DNA of 64,000 nt from Sulfurospirillaceae bacterium (GTDB taxonomy: Bacteria > Campylobacterota > Campylobacteria > Campylobacterales > Sulfurospirillaceae). Location: contig JAWVXD010000003.1 in the NCBI GenBank assembly GCA_033723415.1, forward strand, positions 256,001 through 320,000. Direction: 5' to 3'. Positions 8,523 to 18,539 of the stretch are shown one piece after another. Position numbers and translations under genes: made by a program. A model generated the notes under the pieces. That model did not search any database and was not told the DNA's origin. It saw only the letters and a list, made by a program, of their open reading frames with translations. How positions within the stretch are numbered: position 1 is the first letter of the stretch; each line of letters begins with the position of its first letter.

Positions 8523-11500
8523 TTAAATAGTGTAAGAATGATAAGTTGTGATGTTCTTCCTAAAAAGTTCAAATTCATCTTTTGGTAGAGGTCTTGAGAA
8601 AAAATATCCCTGAATTTCATCACATCCCTGTTCCGTTAGATAATCAAGTTGATCTATGGTTTCAACACCCTCTGCGATAGTTTTAAGCCCTAAACTCTTT
8701 GCCAAACTGATGATGGCATTTACTATCGCTTTATCTTCAGGGTCTATAGTAATATCTCTTACAAATGACTGATCGATCTTGAGCTTATAGATACTAAATC
8801 TCTTTAAGTAACTCAAAGATGAATATCCGGTACCGAAATCATCTATAGAGAGTTTAATGCCATTCGTATGTAATTCATTTATAATATTTATCGCTCTTTG
8901 CGGATTTTGCATAGCGACACTTTCCGTAAGTTCAAGTTCTAAGTATTCTATAGGCAACTCAACTTCGTTTAGAATATCAATGATATTCGATGTAAGAGTA
9001 GTAGAGCGGAATTGTACAGCTGAAAGGTTAACAGAGATAATTATAGGTTCCATTCCATCATCTATCCACTGTTTCGCACTCTTAGTCGCTTCTCGCAATA
9101 CCCATTCACCAATTGATAAAATTATTCCGCTTTCTTCAGCAATAGGTATAAACTCATCAGGAGGAATTTTCCCAAACTCAGGATGATTCCAGCGAAGCAA
9201 GGCTTCTGCCCCAATGATAACATTGTCATGAGTTGAAAATTGCGGTTGGTAGTGAAGTTCAAGTTGATCACGTTCAATTGCATAGCGAAGCGCGTTACTG
9301 AGTTCTAAATGTCTGATGGAGTTTTCTTGCATCTCTTGAGTGAAAAAACAAAATGTATTTCTTCCGTCTTTTTTAGCTCTATACATAGCTGTATCTGCAT
9401 TTTTATACAGAGTTTCAAAGTCTTCTCCATCATGAGGATACATCGCTATGCCGATAGAAGCACTTATGCTAAGTTCATGATCTGCAATATGAAAAGGTTT
9501 ATTAAATGCATCAATAATCTTTTGTGTTACTATAGTGGCACCATTTGCTGTAGTATCAGGAAGTAAAATTACAAATTCATCACCGCCCATGCGAGAAATT
9601 GTATCTACTTCTCGTAAAAGAAGCCTTAACCTTTTTGCCACACTTATTAGCAGGTCGTCTCCTGTACTATGACCTAGAGAATCATTGATATCTTTAAAAT
9701 GATCCAAATCTAAGAATATAACCGTTATTTCACTTTTATCCCGTTTTGCAAAGTTAATCAAATCTTTAATATGAATATCAAGCTGTGTACGGTTTGGTAA
9801 ACCTGTCAGACCATCATAATTTGCAAGATAATGTATACGTTTTTCTGAAGCTCTTCTCTCAGTTATGTCTTCTCCTGAGGTTAAGATTCCTATATTTTTG
9901 CCGTTTTCATCAAATAAAGGCGTATTATTCCATAAGATAAGTCTTTCTTCTCCAGATTTTGTTAGAACAGGATTTTCATATGTCGATAGATCAAGTTTAT
10001 CTTTTTTGATCAACTTATCTGCTAAATCATCAACGTCTTTTTTTGATTTTTTTGGGATAAAATTCTGAATCCAATTCTTGCCTATGACTTCTTCTGCTTC
10101 ATAGCCTATGATCTCGCAACCTTGTCTGTTGATGAGTTTGACATTTTTGTTTGTGTCTAAAACCAAGATCATTACACCAACTATATCAAGATAATTTTGA
10201 ACAGCCTCTTTTTCTCTTAGAAGTGCTATTTCAGCATTTTTTCGTGCAGTGATCTCCTCATAAATTCCTACGATTCCAATAGTTTCTTTTTTTCTATTAT
10301 AAAGAGGCACTTTTGATGTGCTAAGCCATATTGTATCGCCATTAGAATTTGTTTGAGATTCCTCAAAGAAAAGTCGAGCTTTCCCAGACCTTATGACTTC
10401 TAGATCATCAGCTTGATACTTTTCAGCTTCTTCATCACTCCAACACAACTGTTTGTCATTTTTGCCTATGATATCTTCTGGCTTTATTTCGCCTGCGTCT
10501 TGTGCAAAGATTTGATTACATCCTAGATAAGTTAAATTTTTGTCTTTCCAAAATATGCGCACCGGAGAGTTGTCAATGATAGATGTTAGAAGAGAGTTGT
10601 TATCAGCAAGAGCACTTTCTGTAACCTTACGTTCTTTTTCAAGCTCAAAGCCTTCTAATGCATAACTTATATCCACAGCCATCTCTTCTAACAGCATTTG
10701 TGCAGATTTGTCAAATGCTTTAGGATCTTTTGAGTAGATCGTAAATACTCCTACGACTTTATCTCTGATGTGTAGCGGTAATGCCGCAGAGGAAGCCCAT
10801 CCGAATTTTTTGCCTTTTTCATGCCAAGGAGCAGTTCTTGGGTTGTTTCTAAAATCATGACACCAAAATGGTTTTCCTTCTATAAATGCCGTCCCAGTCG
10901 GTCCCTTACTATTTTGATCGGATGGATCAATAGATATTTTTATGTCATTTAAATATTCGCTGCCGTTTCCATGATGGCTTATTACTTCCATGTATTTATT
11001 GTCTTTGTCTGGAATCCCTATCCAAGCCATTTGCATCCCACCAAAGCTTACTGCATCTTGACATATAATATCAAAAAGTTCTTTTCTGTTTTTAGATCTT
11101 ACAATCGCCTGATTGCACTGACTAAGGACTGCATATAGCTGTTTAAGTCGTTCATTACTTTGTATAAGATGTTCAAGCCTTGTCTGCATTTCACTTAATA
11201 AGCCTAAAACACTATCTTTCATATGTTCTTCAATTCTTATTGGTACTGAAAAGTCTCCACTGCCGATTCTTATAATGTGTTTATGTACGTCTGTTACATT
11301 ACTTCCAAGTATTGTATTGATATATTTGTAGAGGCGCCAAAGCATAAATATGAAGAAAACTCCTAGTATGATAAAAAGTATTCTAAAAACAGAAGCTACG
11401 AGGATGGCATCATGCACCATTTTTGCTGTTCTTTTATCTATTAAAGTGGAGAATTCATTTGTCTTTTGTACAATCAAAGTTCTTGCTTTCTCATAGTTGT

Positions 11501-12080
11501 CGCTTGATATCATTTCAAGAGCTTTTTGTTTTTGCAGATTATTCATAGAACCAGAAAGTTTTGTATCTACAAGATCCATAGCCTGAAGTTCTATTGTATT
11601 CATAGTATCTGATATTTTTTTTGCTTCATCTAATTTATCAAATTCTTGATCCGTAAAACCGGAATGCTTCATTAGATCAATAAGTGAGATTGATTGATCG
11701 CTAAAAGGGCGAGGACGTCTGTCATCTGTACTTATCTTCCCCAAATAAACATTTTGGTAATCGGCAGGACGTGGTTTTTTGCCGTCTCTAATATCTAATA
11801 TTTCGTGATAACGCTGCTTATATATGGGGTTGCCAGTTGTTATATATGTTCGTACCATTCTCTTAAGATCGTCAGATGATTGATGAAATTCGTCAGTGAG
11901 TAGAAATGAACGCATGCGAAGTTCATTGGCCGCATCTTTTTTGTGTTCAAAATATACATAAGAGACAAAAGAAATAACCAATAGTACGAAAACAAAAAAA
12001 GTTTGCCACAAGATTTTTGAAAATGTTGAGTTGAACTCTTTTTTAAGGAAACTTCTAAGCGACATTGTAAATCCATTCAA
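8523..12080 (-). CDS. Membrane-anchored diguanylate cyclase/phosphodiesterase (periplasmic sensor, HAMP-like, GAF, PAS, PAS, GGDEF, EAL)
   Basis: Two TM segments; GAF (GPTG..PWH..SSAALPL); two PAS/PAC; RMGGDEF with upstream REVD; EALLRW, ELTES, DDFGTGYSSL, LKIDQSF and AEGVE. True start may be a few codons downstream. Confidence 0.92.
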   Translation of the reverse strand: MNGFTMSLRSFLKKEFNSTFSKILWQTFFVFVLLVISFVSYVYFEHKKDAANELRMRSFLLTDEFHQSSDDLKRMVRTYITTGNPIYKQRYHEILDIRDGKKPRPADYQNVYLGKISTDDRRPRPFSDQSISLIDLMKHSGFTDQEFDKLDEAKKISDTMNTIELQAMDLVDTKLSGSMNNLQKQKALEMISSDNYEKARTLIVQKTNEFSTLIDKRTAKMVHDAILVASVFRILFIILGVFFIFMLWRLYKYINTILGSNVTDVHKHIIRIGSGDFSVPIRIEEHMKDSVLGLLSEMQTRLEHLIQSNERLKQLYAVLSQCNQAIVRSKNRKELFDIICQDAVSFGGMQMAWIGIPDKDNKYMEVISHHGNGSEYLNDIKISIDPSDQNSKGPTGTAFIEGKPFWCHDFRNNPRTAPWHEKGKKFGWASSAALPLHIRDKVVGVFTIYSKDPKAFDKSAQMLLEEMAVDISYALEGFELEKERKVTESALADNNSLLTSIIDNSPVRIFWKDKNLTYLGCNQIFAQDAGEIKPEDIIGKNDKQLCWSDEEAEKYQADDLEVIRSGKARLFFEESQTNSNGDTIWLSTSKVPLYNRKKETIGIVGIYEEITARKNAEIALLREKEAVQNYLDIVGVMILVLDTNKNVKLINRQGCEIIGYEAEEVIGKNWIQNFIPKKSKKDVDDLADKLIKKDKLDLSTYENPVLTKSGEERLILWNNTPLFDENGKNIGILTSGEDITERRASEKRIHYLANYDGLTGLPNRTQLDIHIKDLINFAKRDKSEITVIFLDLDHFKDINDSLGHSTGDDLLISVAKRLRLLLREVDTISRMGGDEFVILLPDTTANGATIVTQKIIDAFNKPFHIADHELSISASIGIAMYPHDGEDFETLYKNADTAMYRAKKDGRNTFCFFTQEMQENSIRHLELSNALRYAIERDQLELHYQPQFSTHDNVIIGAEALLRWNHPEFGKIPPDEFIPIAEESGIILSIGEWVLREATKSAKQWIDDGMEPIIISVNLSAVQFRSTTLTSNIIDILNEVELPIEYLELELTESVAMQNPQRAINIINELHTNGIKLSIDDFGTGYSSLSYLKRFSIYKLKIDQSFVRDITIDPEDKAIVNAIISLAKSLGLKTIAEGVETIDQLDYLTEQGCDEIQGYFFSRPLPKDEFELFRKNITTYHSYTI

Positions 12081-12190
12081 ACAATAGATATATTGCTTTT
12101 ACTATGATAAACTTATGCTTATACAAGCAAGGTCTTTCATTATAGCATAAAAAAGTATTTAATAGGTGATTTAGTAGTGTTTTGAAGTGG

Positions 12191-12214
12191 TATGAGCGGC
12201 TAAAACCGCTCATA
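12191..12214 (-). terminator. Hairpin terminator after the cold-shock gene
   Basis: tatgagcgg-ctaaaa-ccgctcata perfect 9-bp stem just downstream of the csp stop. Confidence 0.7.
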
Positions 12215-12221
12215 TGTTAAA

Positions 12222-12440
12222 TTATAAAGCTGTTACGTTTTCTGCTTGAGGACCTTTTTCGCCTTGTCCAACTTCGAAAGTCACTTTTTGACCTTCTTCT
12301 AATGATACTCTTCCGTATCCACTGTTGTTTACTTGACGAAAATGTACAAATATATCTTTGCCGCCATTTTCTTGCTCAATAAATCCAAATCCTTTTTCGC
12401 TGTTAAACCATTTAACAGTTCCATTAACTAATGTTGCCAT
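12222..12440 (-). CDS. cspA: Cold-shock protein (CspA family)
   Basis: [15 protein letters not shown] (RNP1), DIFVHF (RNP2), [10 protein letters not shown]. Exact paralogue name is uncertain. Confidence 0.93.
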   Translation of the reverse strand: MATLVNGTVKWFNSEKGFGFIEQENGGKDIFVHFRQVNNSGYGRVSLEEGQKVTFEVGQGEKGPQAENVTAL

Positions 12441-12703
12441 TTTTTTCCCTTTGTGTTGAATACACCATATGATATACGGTGGTTGAAAATCTAATATGAA
12501 GTTTTACTTTTAGGTGAATTTTACTGTTAACAAGAAGTCATCAATATAAAGCAGACCAAAGATATAACTCGAATCATCTTTCGTTGGGAGTAGTATAGCG
12601 GAATTTTATATAAAGCACAAGGCTCACAAAAAATATAATTTAATTTAATTTTCTTTTTGTTAAAAGTTATAAAGATATAATTATAAAATTTCAAGAAGAT
12701 CGA

Positions 12704-13522
12704 GTGAAAGAAAAGTTGGAAATGATGAAAATAAATCTTAAAACGTGGCGTTATATCGACAGTGGTATCTGTTCGGCTGAAAGAAATATGGCTATAGATG
12801 AAGCTCTTCTTCTGAATTTTAAAGAGTTTGATATGCCTATTTTTAGGCTTTACGAGTGGGATAAAGCTTTGAGTTTTGGACGATTTTCTAACATTAAGCA
12901 GAGTATTGATATTGATTTGCTGCATAAGCGTGGCATACAATGCGTCAGACGCTTTAGCGGGGGAGGGACATTAGTACATGACCATGATCTATCTTATTCT
13001 TTGATCTTACCTAGAACTTTTGCAAAAACCAAAGGTGTCAAGGAAAGCTATCACTTTTTATGTAAATTCCTTATAAGACTGTACGAAAAATTAGGCTTGA
13101 ATGCAAATTTTGCAAGTGATTTGGACATAAATAAAAAAAGCTCAAATATATGTCTGGCTGGTTTTGAAGATTATGATATCATCATAGAAAATATGAAGAT
13201 CGGAGGAAATGCCCAACGGCATATAAAAGATGCTTTTATTCAGCATGGAAGTATTCCGATATCTTATGATATCTCCTTGTTTGAATCTTTGTTCTTAGAG
13301 TATTCCGGATTGTCACATGCAGCTTCCCTAAGCAAGTTTAACATAGACATAGATTTAAACTCTCTTAAGAAGATAGTCTTAGAAACATTTTGTGAAAGTT
13401 TTGATGCAACCGTGATTCATGACGATTTGTCACCACAAGAAGATGACGATGCCACCAGACTTTTAGTACAAAAATATTCAAATGACGAATGGACATTTCA
13501 TAAAAATACGAAGCTTTCATAG
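12704..13522 (+). CDS. Lipoate-protein ligase A / LipM-like family protein (catalytic domain only)
   Basis: NMAIDEALL, FRLYEW, RRFSGGGTLVH, KIGGNAQR and QHGSI motifs; no LplA C-terminal domain. True start may be the ATG at 12722 or 12725. Confidence 0.85.
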   Translation: MKEKLEMMKINLKTWRYIDSGICSAERNMAIDEALLLNFKEFDMPIFRLYEWDKALSFGRFSNIKQSIDIDLLHKRGIQCVRRFSGGGTLVHDHDLSYSLILPRTFAKTKGVKESYHFLCKFLIRLYEKLGLNANFASDLDINKKSSNICLAGFEDYDIIIENMKIGGNAQRHIKDAFIQHGSIPISYDISLFESLFLEYSGLSHAASLSKFNIDIDLNSLKKIVLETFCESFDATVIHDDLSPQEDDDATRLLVQKYSNDEWTFHKNTKLS

Positions 13523-13688
13523 TTATTTGATTTTTTATTATAGAATGTAGTATATTTTTTTTATATACATTTTTATATACATTCGATAAAATCACGACCT
13601 TAATTACTCCACTAAATTTTAAATATTCAAATCAAAAATCGGTATGTTTGATTAGCAGGGTAAAATCATATATAAAAAGGATCAAGGA

Positions 13689-15026
13689 TTGGAGAATGCT
13701 AGATTTGGCAGGATAGGGTTTATTTTAGCGGCGGCAGGTAGTGCTGTAGGACTCGGTAATATTTGGAAATTTCCATATATGGCAGGTCAAAACGGAGGCG
13801 GTGCATTTGTTTTGGTATATTTGATGACAGTCGTTTTTATAGGGCTTTCTATATTTATAGCAGAAGTTTTGATGGGTAGAATTTCTAGGGGCGATACCGT
13901 CAGTGCTTTTGAAGAATTGGCATCAAGTCATGGAAATTTATGGAAATATGCAGGTTTTATGGCTATGACAGGTGTGTTGATTTTGTCTTTTTACACAATA
14001 GTCATAGGTTGGATTTTTAAATATATCGCAATGTCTTTTTCCTCACTTCCTATTAATGTAAGTGTCGCTGGAGATCTATTTGGAAAGATGGTTTCAGGAG
14101 ATTGGCTTGGGCAGTTCATATTCTTTAACCTGGCATTCTTTATAACTATTTGGATTGTTGCAAGAGGTGTTAAAAGAGGAATTGAAAAAGTAAATCTTAT
14201 ATTGATGCCTCTCTTGGTTATAATACTAGCGGCTCTTTTTATATATTCTATGACTATAGTCGGTTTCAAAGATTCACTGACATTTATGTTTTATCCTGAT
14301 TGGTCAAAGCTCACGGAAAATTCATTATTAAAAGCAGTCGGACATGCATTTTTTACACTCTCATTAGGTATGGGAACGATCATGACATATGCAACTTCTT
14401 TACCAAAAGATGAGAATATTGTAAAATCTTCCTTTATGGTAGCTGTTGTAGATACGGTTATTGCTTTGGTTGCAGGTATTATTATATTTACATTTATATT
14501 TCATTTTGGAGAAAAGCCGTCTCAAGGTCCAGGTCTTGTGTTTATTTCTCTTCCTGCATTGTTTTCACAATTGGGATATATGGGCAATATAGTTTCTATA
14601 TTATTCTTTGTCGCACTTGCTTTTGCAGGTATTACATCGGCAGTCTCTATAGTAGAACCAACGGCATTATACTTTATAAACAGGTTTAATTTTTCAAGAG
14701 CCAAAGCACTCGTTTTGATATCATCTATAACTTATATCTTTGGAGTCATGGCTATATTGTCAAACGTTAAAGAGTTTTCTACATACTTTACCTATTTCGG
14801 GAAAGGTTATTTTGATATACTAGATTATCTTAGTTCAGCTATACTTTTGCCACTGGGTGGTATGATAACAGCAGTTTTTGTCGGTTTTGTTATGGATAAA
14901 CAAAGAGTTTATGACGCATTATCGAAGTATATGAGTGATACTGTGTTTAATTTATGGTATTTTTCTATACGTTATATTGCTCCTATCGCCGTAATGATAG
15001 TTATGGTTGACAAACTTTTCTTTTAA
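13689..15026 (+). CDS. Sodium-dependent transporter, SNF/NSS family (amino acid symporter)
   Basis: GSAVGLGNIWKFPY, NGGGAF, AFFTLSLG and GPGLVF motifs; many TM segments. Confidence 0.93.
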   Translation: MENARFGRIGFILAAAGSAVGLGNIWKFPYMAGQNGGGAFVLVYLMTVVFIGLSIFIAEVLMGRISRGDTVSAFEELASSHGNLWKYAGFMAMTGVLILSFYTIVIGWIFKYIAMSFSSLPINVSVAGDLFGKMVSGDWLGQFIFFNLAFFITIWIVARGVKRGIEKVNLILMPLLVIILAALFIYSMTIVGFKDSLTFMFYPDWSKLTENSLLKAVGHAFFTLSLGMGTIMTYATSLPKDENIVKSSFMVAVVDTVIALVAGIIIFTFIFHFGEKPSQGPGLVFISLPALFSQLGYMGNIVSILFFVALAFAGITSAVSIVEPTALYFINRFNFSRAKALVLISSITYIFGVMAILSNVKEFSTYFTYFGKGYFDILDYLSSAILLPLGGMITAVFVGFVMDKQRVYDALSKYMSDTVFNLWYFSIRYIAPIAVMIVMVDKLFF

Positions 15027-15038
15027 AAGGAGAATGTT

Positions 15039-15299
15039 TTGAGAGAATTGGAATTAAAAAATATTTTGAAAGTTGACGGTAGAGAATTTTTAATCTCTAC
15101 CATCAGCATGAATATACGCCACTCTTGGTTCGATGATGATCGTGAAAAGATCGTATATGAGACTATGGTTTTTGAAGTGAAAAATGATGAAGTGCTTTAC
15201 GACAAACCTATCTTCAGCGAACGATATAATATGAAAGATGAAGCTGTATCTGAGCACTCTGCTATATTGAAAGATCCAAAGGCTTTTTTCATCATTTGA
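15039..15299 (+). CDS. Hypothetical protein (86 aa)
   Basis: Clean ORF with an aaaggag RBS and TTG start, directly after the SNF transporter. Contains ISTI..YETMVF..RY...EA..EH. Confidence 0.65.
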   Translation: MRELELKNILKVDGREFLISTISMNIRHSWFDDDREKIVYETMVFEVKNDEVLYDKPIFSERYNMKDEAVSEHSAILKDPKAFFII

Positions 15300-15333
15300 T
15301 GCCAATATGAGCAGATCAATCTCATATGGCATC
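15298..15333. terminator. Bidirectional terminator hairpin
   Basis: gatgcc-a-atatgag ... ctcatat-ggcatc between the convergent stops at 15299 and 15338. Confidence 0.65.
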
Positions 15334-15337
15334 TTGC

Positions 15338-15496
15338 TCAATGAGTTTTTATTTTTACGCTCTGAACGGCTTCAATATTATTATCTGCTTTTTGTTTCTG
15401 AACTTGTGTGACAGTGGTTTTTTCATCTCCACATCCTGATAATATAAATAAAGATATTCCAAGTAATCCAATAATTTTTATTGATGTTTTTATCAT
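15338..15496 (-). CDS. Small lipoprotein (52 aa), absent from the ORF track
   Basis: Hand translation gives MIKTSIKIIGLLGISLFILSGCGDEKTTVTQVQKQKADNNIEAVQSVKIKTH*. It has a basic N-terminus, a hydrophobic core, lipobox LSGC and a gaggt RBS. Confidence 0.7.
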   Translation of the reverse strand: MIKTSIKIIGLLGISLFILSGCGDEKTTVTQVQKQKADNNIEAVQSVKIKTH

Positions 15497-15643
15497 CTTA
15501 TACCTCATGAAATAGTGTTAAATTAAAATATAAACGAAACATGTTTGTAATTTTAGGAATTTTACCATTTTTATTCTTCATTTTATCATTTTTTATTTTT
15601 GCCAATACGATATAATGTTTTAAAATTTTATGTGGGGCTCTTG

Positions 15644-17845
15644 ATGAAATCGTCAAAAATTTTATTGTTGATATTTGTTCTATTATCTATTGATCTGTTT
15701 GCATACTCTAAAACCAAAGATATTTTACTTGTTCAATCTTATCATAGAGGTTATAAGTGGAGTGATGATATCTCTAAAGTTTTTGAGAAAAAATTTGGAA
15801 ATAATGAAGATTACTCTCTGACAACAGTTTATATGGATACTAAAAAAGTTAATAATTATATATATTTTGAACGACTTTATGATTTGTATTTGGAACAGTT
15901 TAAAGGCAGAAAATTTGATATCATAGTAGCCGTAGACAACAATGCACTGGATTTTATCATGAGATATCATGAACATCTTTTTAGAGATTTGCCTGTAGTG
16001 TTTTTAGGCATAAACAACTTTGATGAATCTATGCTGTATGAAAACAATATGCGTTTTTACTCTACAGGTGTTGCAGAAAATGTTGATATCAAAAAAAATA
16101 TAGATTTGATTTTAAAAATTCATCCTAAGCTAAAAAAAATAGTTATTATCAATGATAGAACAAAGACAGGGTTTGCTATACGAAGAGATATATTTAGCGT
16201 ATTGCCATCATATAAAAATAAGGTTAAATTTGAATATATAGACAATATAGGCATAGAGAACCTAAAAAAGAAAATAAGCCATTTACCAAAAGATACGGTT
16301 ATTTTATGGGTGCTTTTATTTAAAGATAAAACAGGAAAATATTTTACTTACAAAGAAAGTTTGAAACAAGTTAAAGATATTACAAAGGTTCCTATTTATG
16401 GTCTATGGGATTTTTATTTGGGTAAGGGAATCGTTGGTGGATTACTTACCAGTGCCACATCACAGGCTAAAGCTGCTGCGAAGATGGTTGTTCAAATATT
16501 TGACGGTAAAAAACCTGCAGATATTCCTATCCTTGTAAAGAGTCCAAATAAATATATGTTTGATTATAACGAATTAAAAAAATACAAAATTAAAATCCCC
16601 GGAGATATAAAGAATTATGAAGTCATCAATAAACCATTTTCTTTTTATGAACATTATAAATATATGGTCTGGGTTACTATCTCTATATTTTTGATTATTA
16701 CTTCCATTTCGATTTTGCTTGCATTTAACATGATAAGAAGAAAAAAAATCGAGATTGCTTTGGGAAATCAGTTGAAATTCATAAGCGTTTTGATGGATAC
16801 GATTCCAAATCCTATGAATTATAAAAGTCTTGATGGAACTTATCTGGGATGTAACAAAGCTTTTTCCGATTTATTCGGTAAAGAAAAGGAAGATATTATA
16901 GGTAAAAATGTGTATGATTTTTTTGAGGAAGATTGGGCAAGAGAGCAAACAAAAAAAGATAAAGAATTACTAGATAAAAAAGGAACGGATAATTTTGAAA
17001 AGACTCTCCATTTCCCTGACGGTAGTTCAAAGACGATGACATACAGTAAGACTGCTTATGAAAATATAGATGGAACTTTGGGCGGTATTGTAAGTATCAT
17101 GGATGATATAACACAACGAAATCAACAAAAGCAGTTTATTATACAACAGACAAAACTAGCAGAGATGGGCGAGATGATCGCAGCCATAGCGCATCAGTGG
17201 AACGAACCGTTAGTGGAATTGTCTGCGATTTTGCAAGATATGGAATTTTCCTATGGACAGGATGAGATGGATACAGAGAAAATGAAAAGCTTTGTCAAGG
17301 AATCAATGATCCAGATCCAGTATATGTCTTCAACGCTAAAAGATTTTAGAAACTTTTTGAAACCATCTACCAAAAAAGTTATTTTTTGTGCAAGAAAGGC
17401 CTTGGATGAGGTCTTGGAGATTGTTGGAAGACAGATATTTTATGCCCATATAGATCTGCGAGTGACATGTAAAGAGGATTATGTACCTGTCTATGGTTAT
17501 GAAAATGAGTTTAAGCAAGTGTTGTTGAATATTATTAATAATGCAAAAAATAAAATCATAAATAACAAGATAGGTAAAAGTATATATATAGATATCAGCG
17601 CAAAAGAAGATTATGTTAAAATTAAAATAAGCGATGATGGAGGACCTATACCTGAGAGGATTATGAATCTTATATTTGATCCATATTTTAGCACAGATGA
17701 AAATGGGACAGGGTTGGGTCTTTATATGGCGAAAGTAATAGTAGAAGATAAGATGAATGGTAAAATATTTGCTTATAATTATACAAACAAAGCAGTGTTT
17801 TCCATAATAGTATCAAGAAAAGATGTTGCCAAGGAAGAATTATGA
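15644..17845 (+). CDS. Sensor histidine kinase (extracytoplasmic substrate-binding-protein-like domain, TM, PAS, HisKA, HATPase)
   Basis: Signal-like N-terminus, YMDTKK...VVFLGIN sensor, PAS, H-box IAHQWNEPL, NIINNAK, DDGG and GTGLGLY. Start moved to ATG 15644 because a TATAAT lies at 15611. Confidence 0.9.
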   Translation: MKSSKILLLIFVLLSIDLFAYSKTKDILLVQSYHRGYKWSDDISKVFEKKFGNNEDYSLTTVYMDTKKVNNYIYFERLYDLYLEQFKGRKFDIIVAVDNNALDFIMRYHEHLFRDLPVVFLGINNFDESMLYENNMRFYSTGVAENVDIKKNIDLILKIHPKLKKIVIINDRTKTGFAIRRDIFSVLPSYKNKVKFEYIDNIGIENLKKKISHLPKDTVILWVLLFKDKTGKYFTYKESLKQVKDITKVPIYGLWDFYLGKGIVGGLLTSATSQAKAAAKMVVQIFDGKKPADIPILVKSPNKYMFDYNELKKYKIKIPGDIKNYEVINKPFSFYEHYKYMVWVTISIFLIITSISILLAFNMIRRKKIEIALGNQLKFISVLMDTIPNPMNYKSLDGTYLGCNKAFSDLFGKEKEDIIGKNVYDFFEEDWAREQTKKDKELLDKKGTDNFEKTLHFPDGSSKTMTYSKTAYENIDGTLGGIVSIMDDITQRNQQKQFIIQQTKLAEMGEMIAAIAHQWNEPLVELSAILQDMEFSYGQDEMDTEKMKSFVKESMIQIQYMSSTLKDFRNFLKPSTKKVIFCARKALDEVLEIVGRQIFYAHIDLRVTCKEDYVPVYGYENEFKQVLLNIINNAKNKIINNKIGKSIYIDISAKEDYVKIKISDDGGPIPERIMNLIFDPYFSTDENGTGLGLYMAKVIVEDKMNGKIFAYNYTNKAVFSIIVSRKDVAKEEL

Positions 17846-18492
17846 GAATAATGTTGCTAGAAGACAATAAAAGGCTAAATGAAACCATAGTCAAAAGGCT
17901 GAAAGCCAAAGGATATGAAGTTGCAAGTTTTACCGATGGAATGAAGGCATATGAAGCTATAGACGATGGATATATATGTTTTGTTTTAGACATAAATGTT
18001 CCTTCTATGGATGGGCTTGAAATATTAAAAAAAATAAGAGAGTATAACCCAAATACACCTATCGTAATCATAAGCTCATCAGTTGAGTTAGATACTATAA
18101 AAGATTCATATAAATTTGGTTGCAATGATTATTTAAAAAAGCCATTTTTTATAGATGAGTTAGAGATAAAGATAGAAAAACTTTGTGATTTTGACAAGGA
18201 TATGATAGAAATCAGCGATGAATATAAATTTAGTTTCAAAGACAGTGCTCTTATAAATCATGGAGTCTTGGAGCATTTATCAAAAAAAGAAAGACTACTG
18301 TTAAACCTTTTAATCTCAAAAAAAGGCAAAGTCGTATCTTTTGATACAATACAAGCAATCGTCTGGGAAGGCGGTTTTACCAGTAAAGATTCGATAAGAT
18401 CGCTGGTTAGAAGGATAAGAAAAAAACTACCTTTTGAGTGCGTAGAAACGGTAGTTGATGTCGGATACTTATTTAAAAAAAAGTTTCAATAA
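17842..18492 (+). CDS. OmpR-family response regulator
   Basis: LLED, LDINVP..DG, DYLKKPF and a winged-helix C-terminus (SLVRRIRKK..ETV..VGY); ATGA overlap with the kinase. Confidence 0.93.
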   Translation: MRIMLLEDNKRLNETIVKRLKAKGYEVASFTDGMKAYEAIDDGYICFVLDINVPSMDGLEILKKIREYNPNTPIVIISSSVELDTIKDSYKFGCNDYLKKPFFIDELEIKIEKLCDFDKDMIEISDEYKFSFKDSALINHGVLEHLSKKERLLLNLLISKKGKVVSFDTIQAIVWEGGFTSKDSIRSLVRRIRKKLPFECVETVVDVGYLFKKKFQ

Positions 18493-18539
18493 GTAACAAT
18501 TATAGAATAAATCTTTTATTAAGGACTCATAATATAAAA

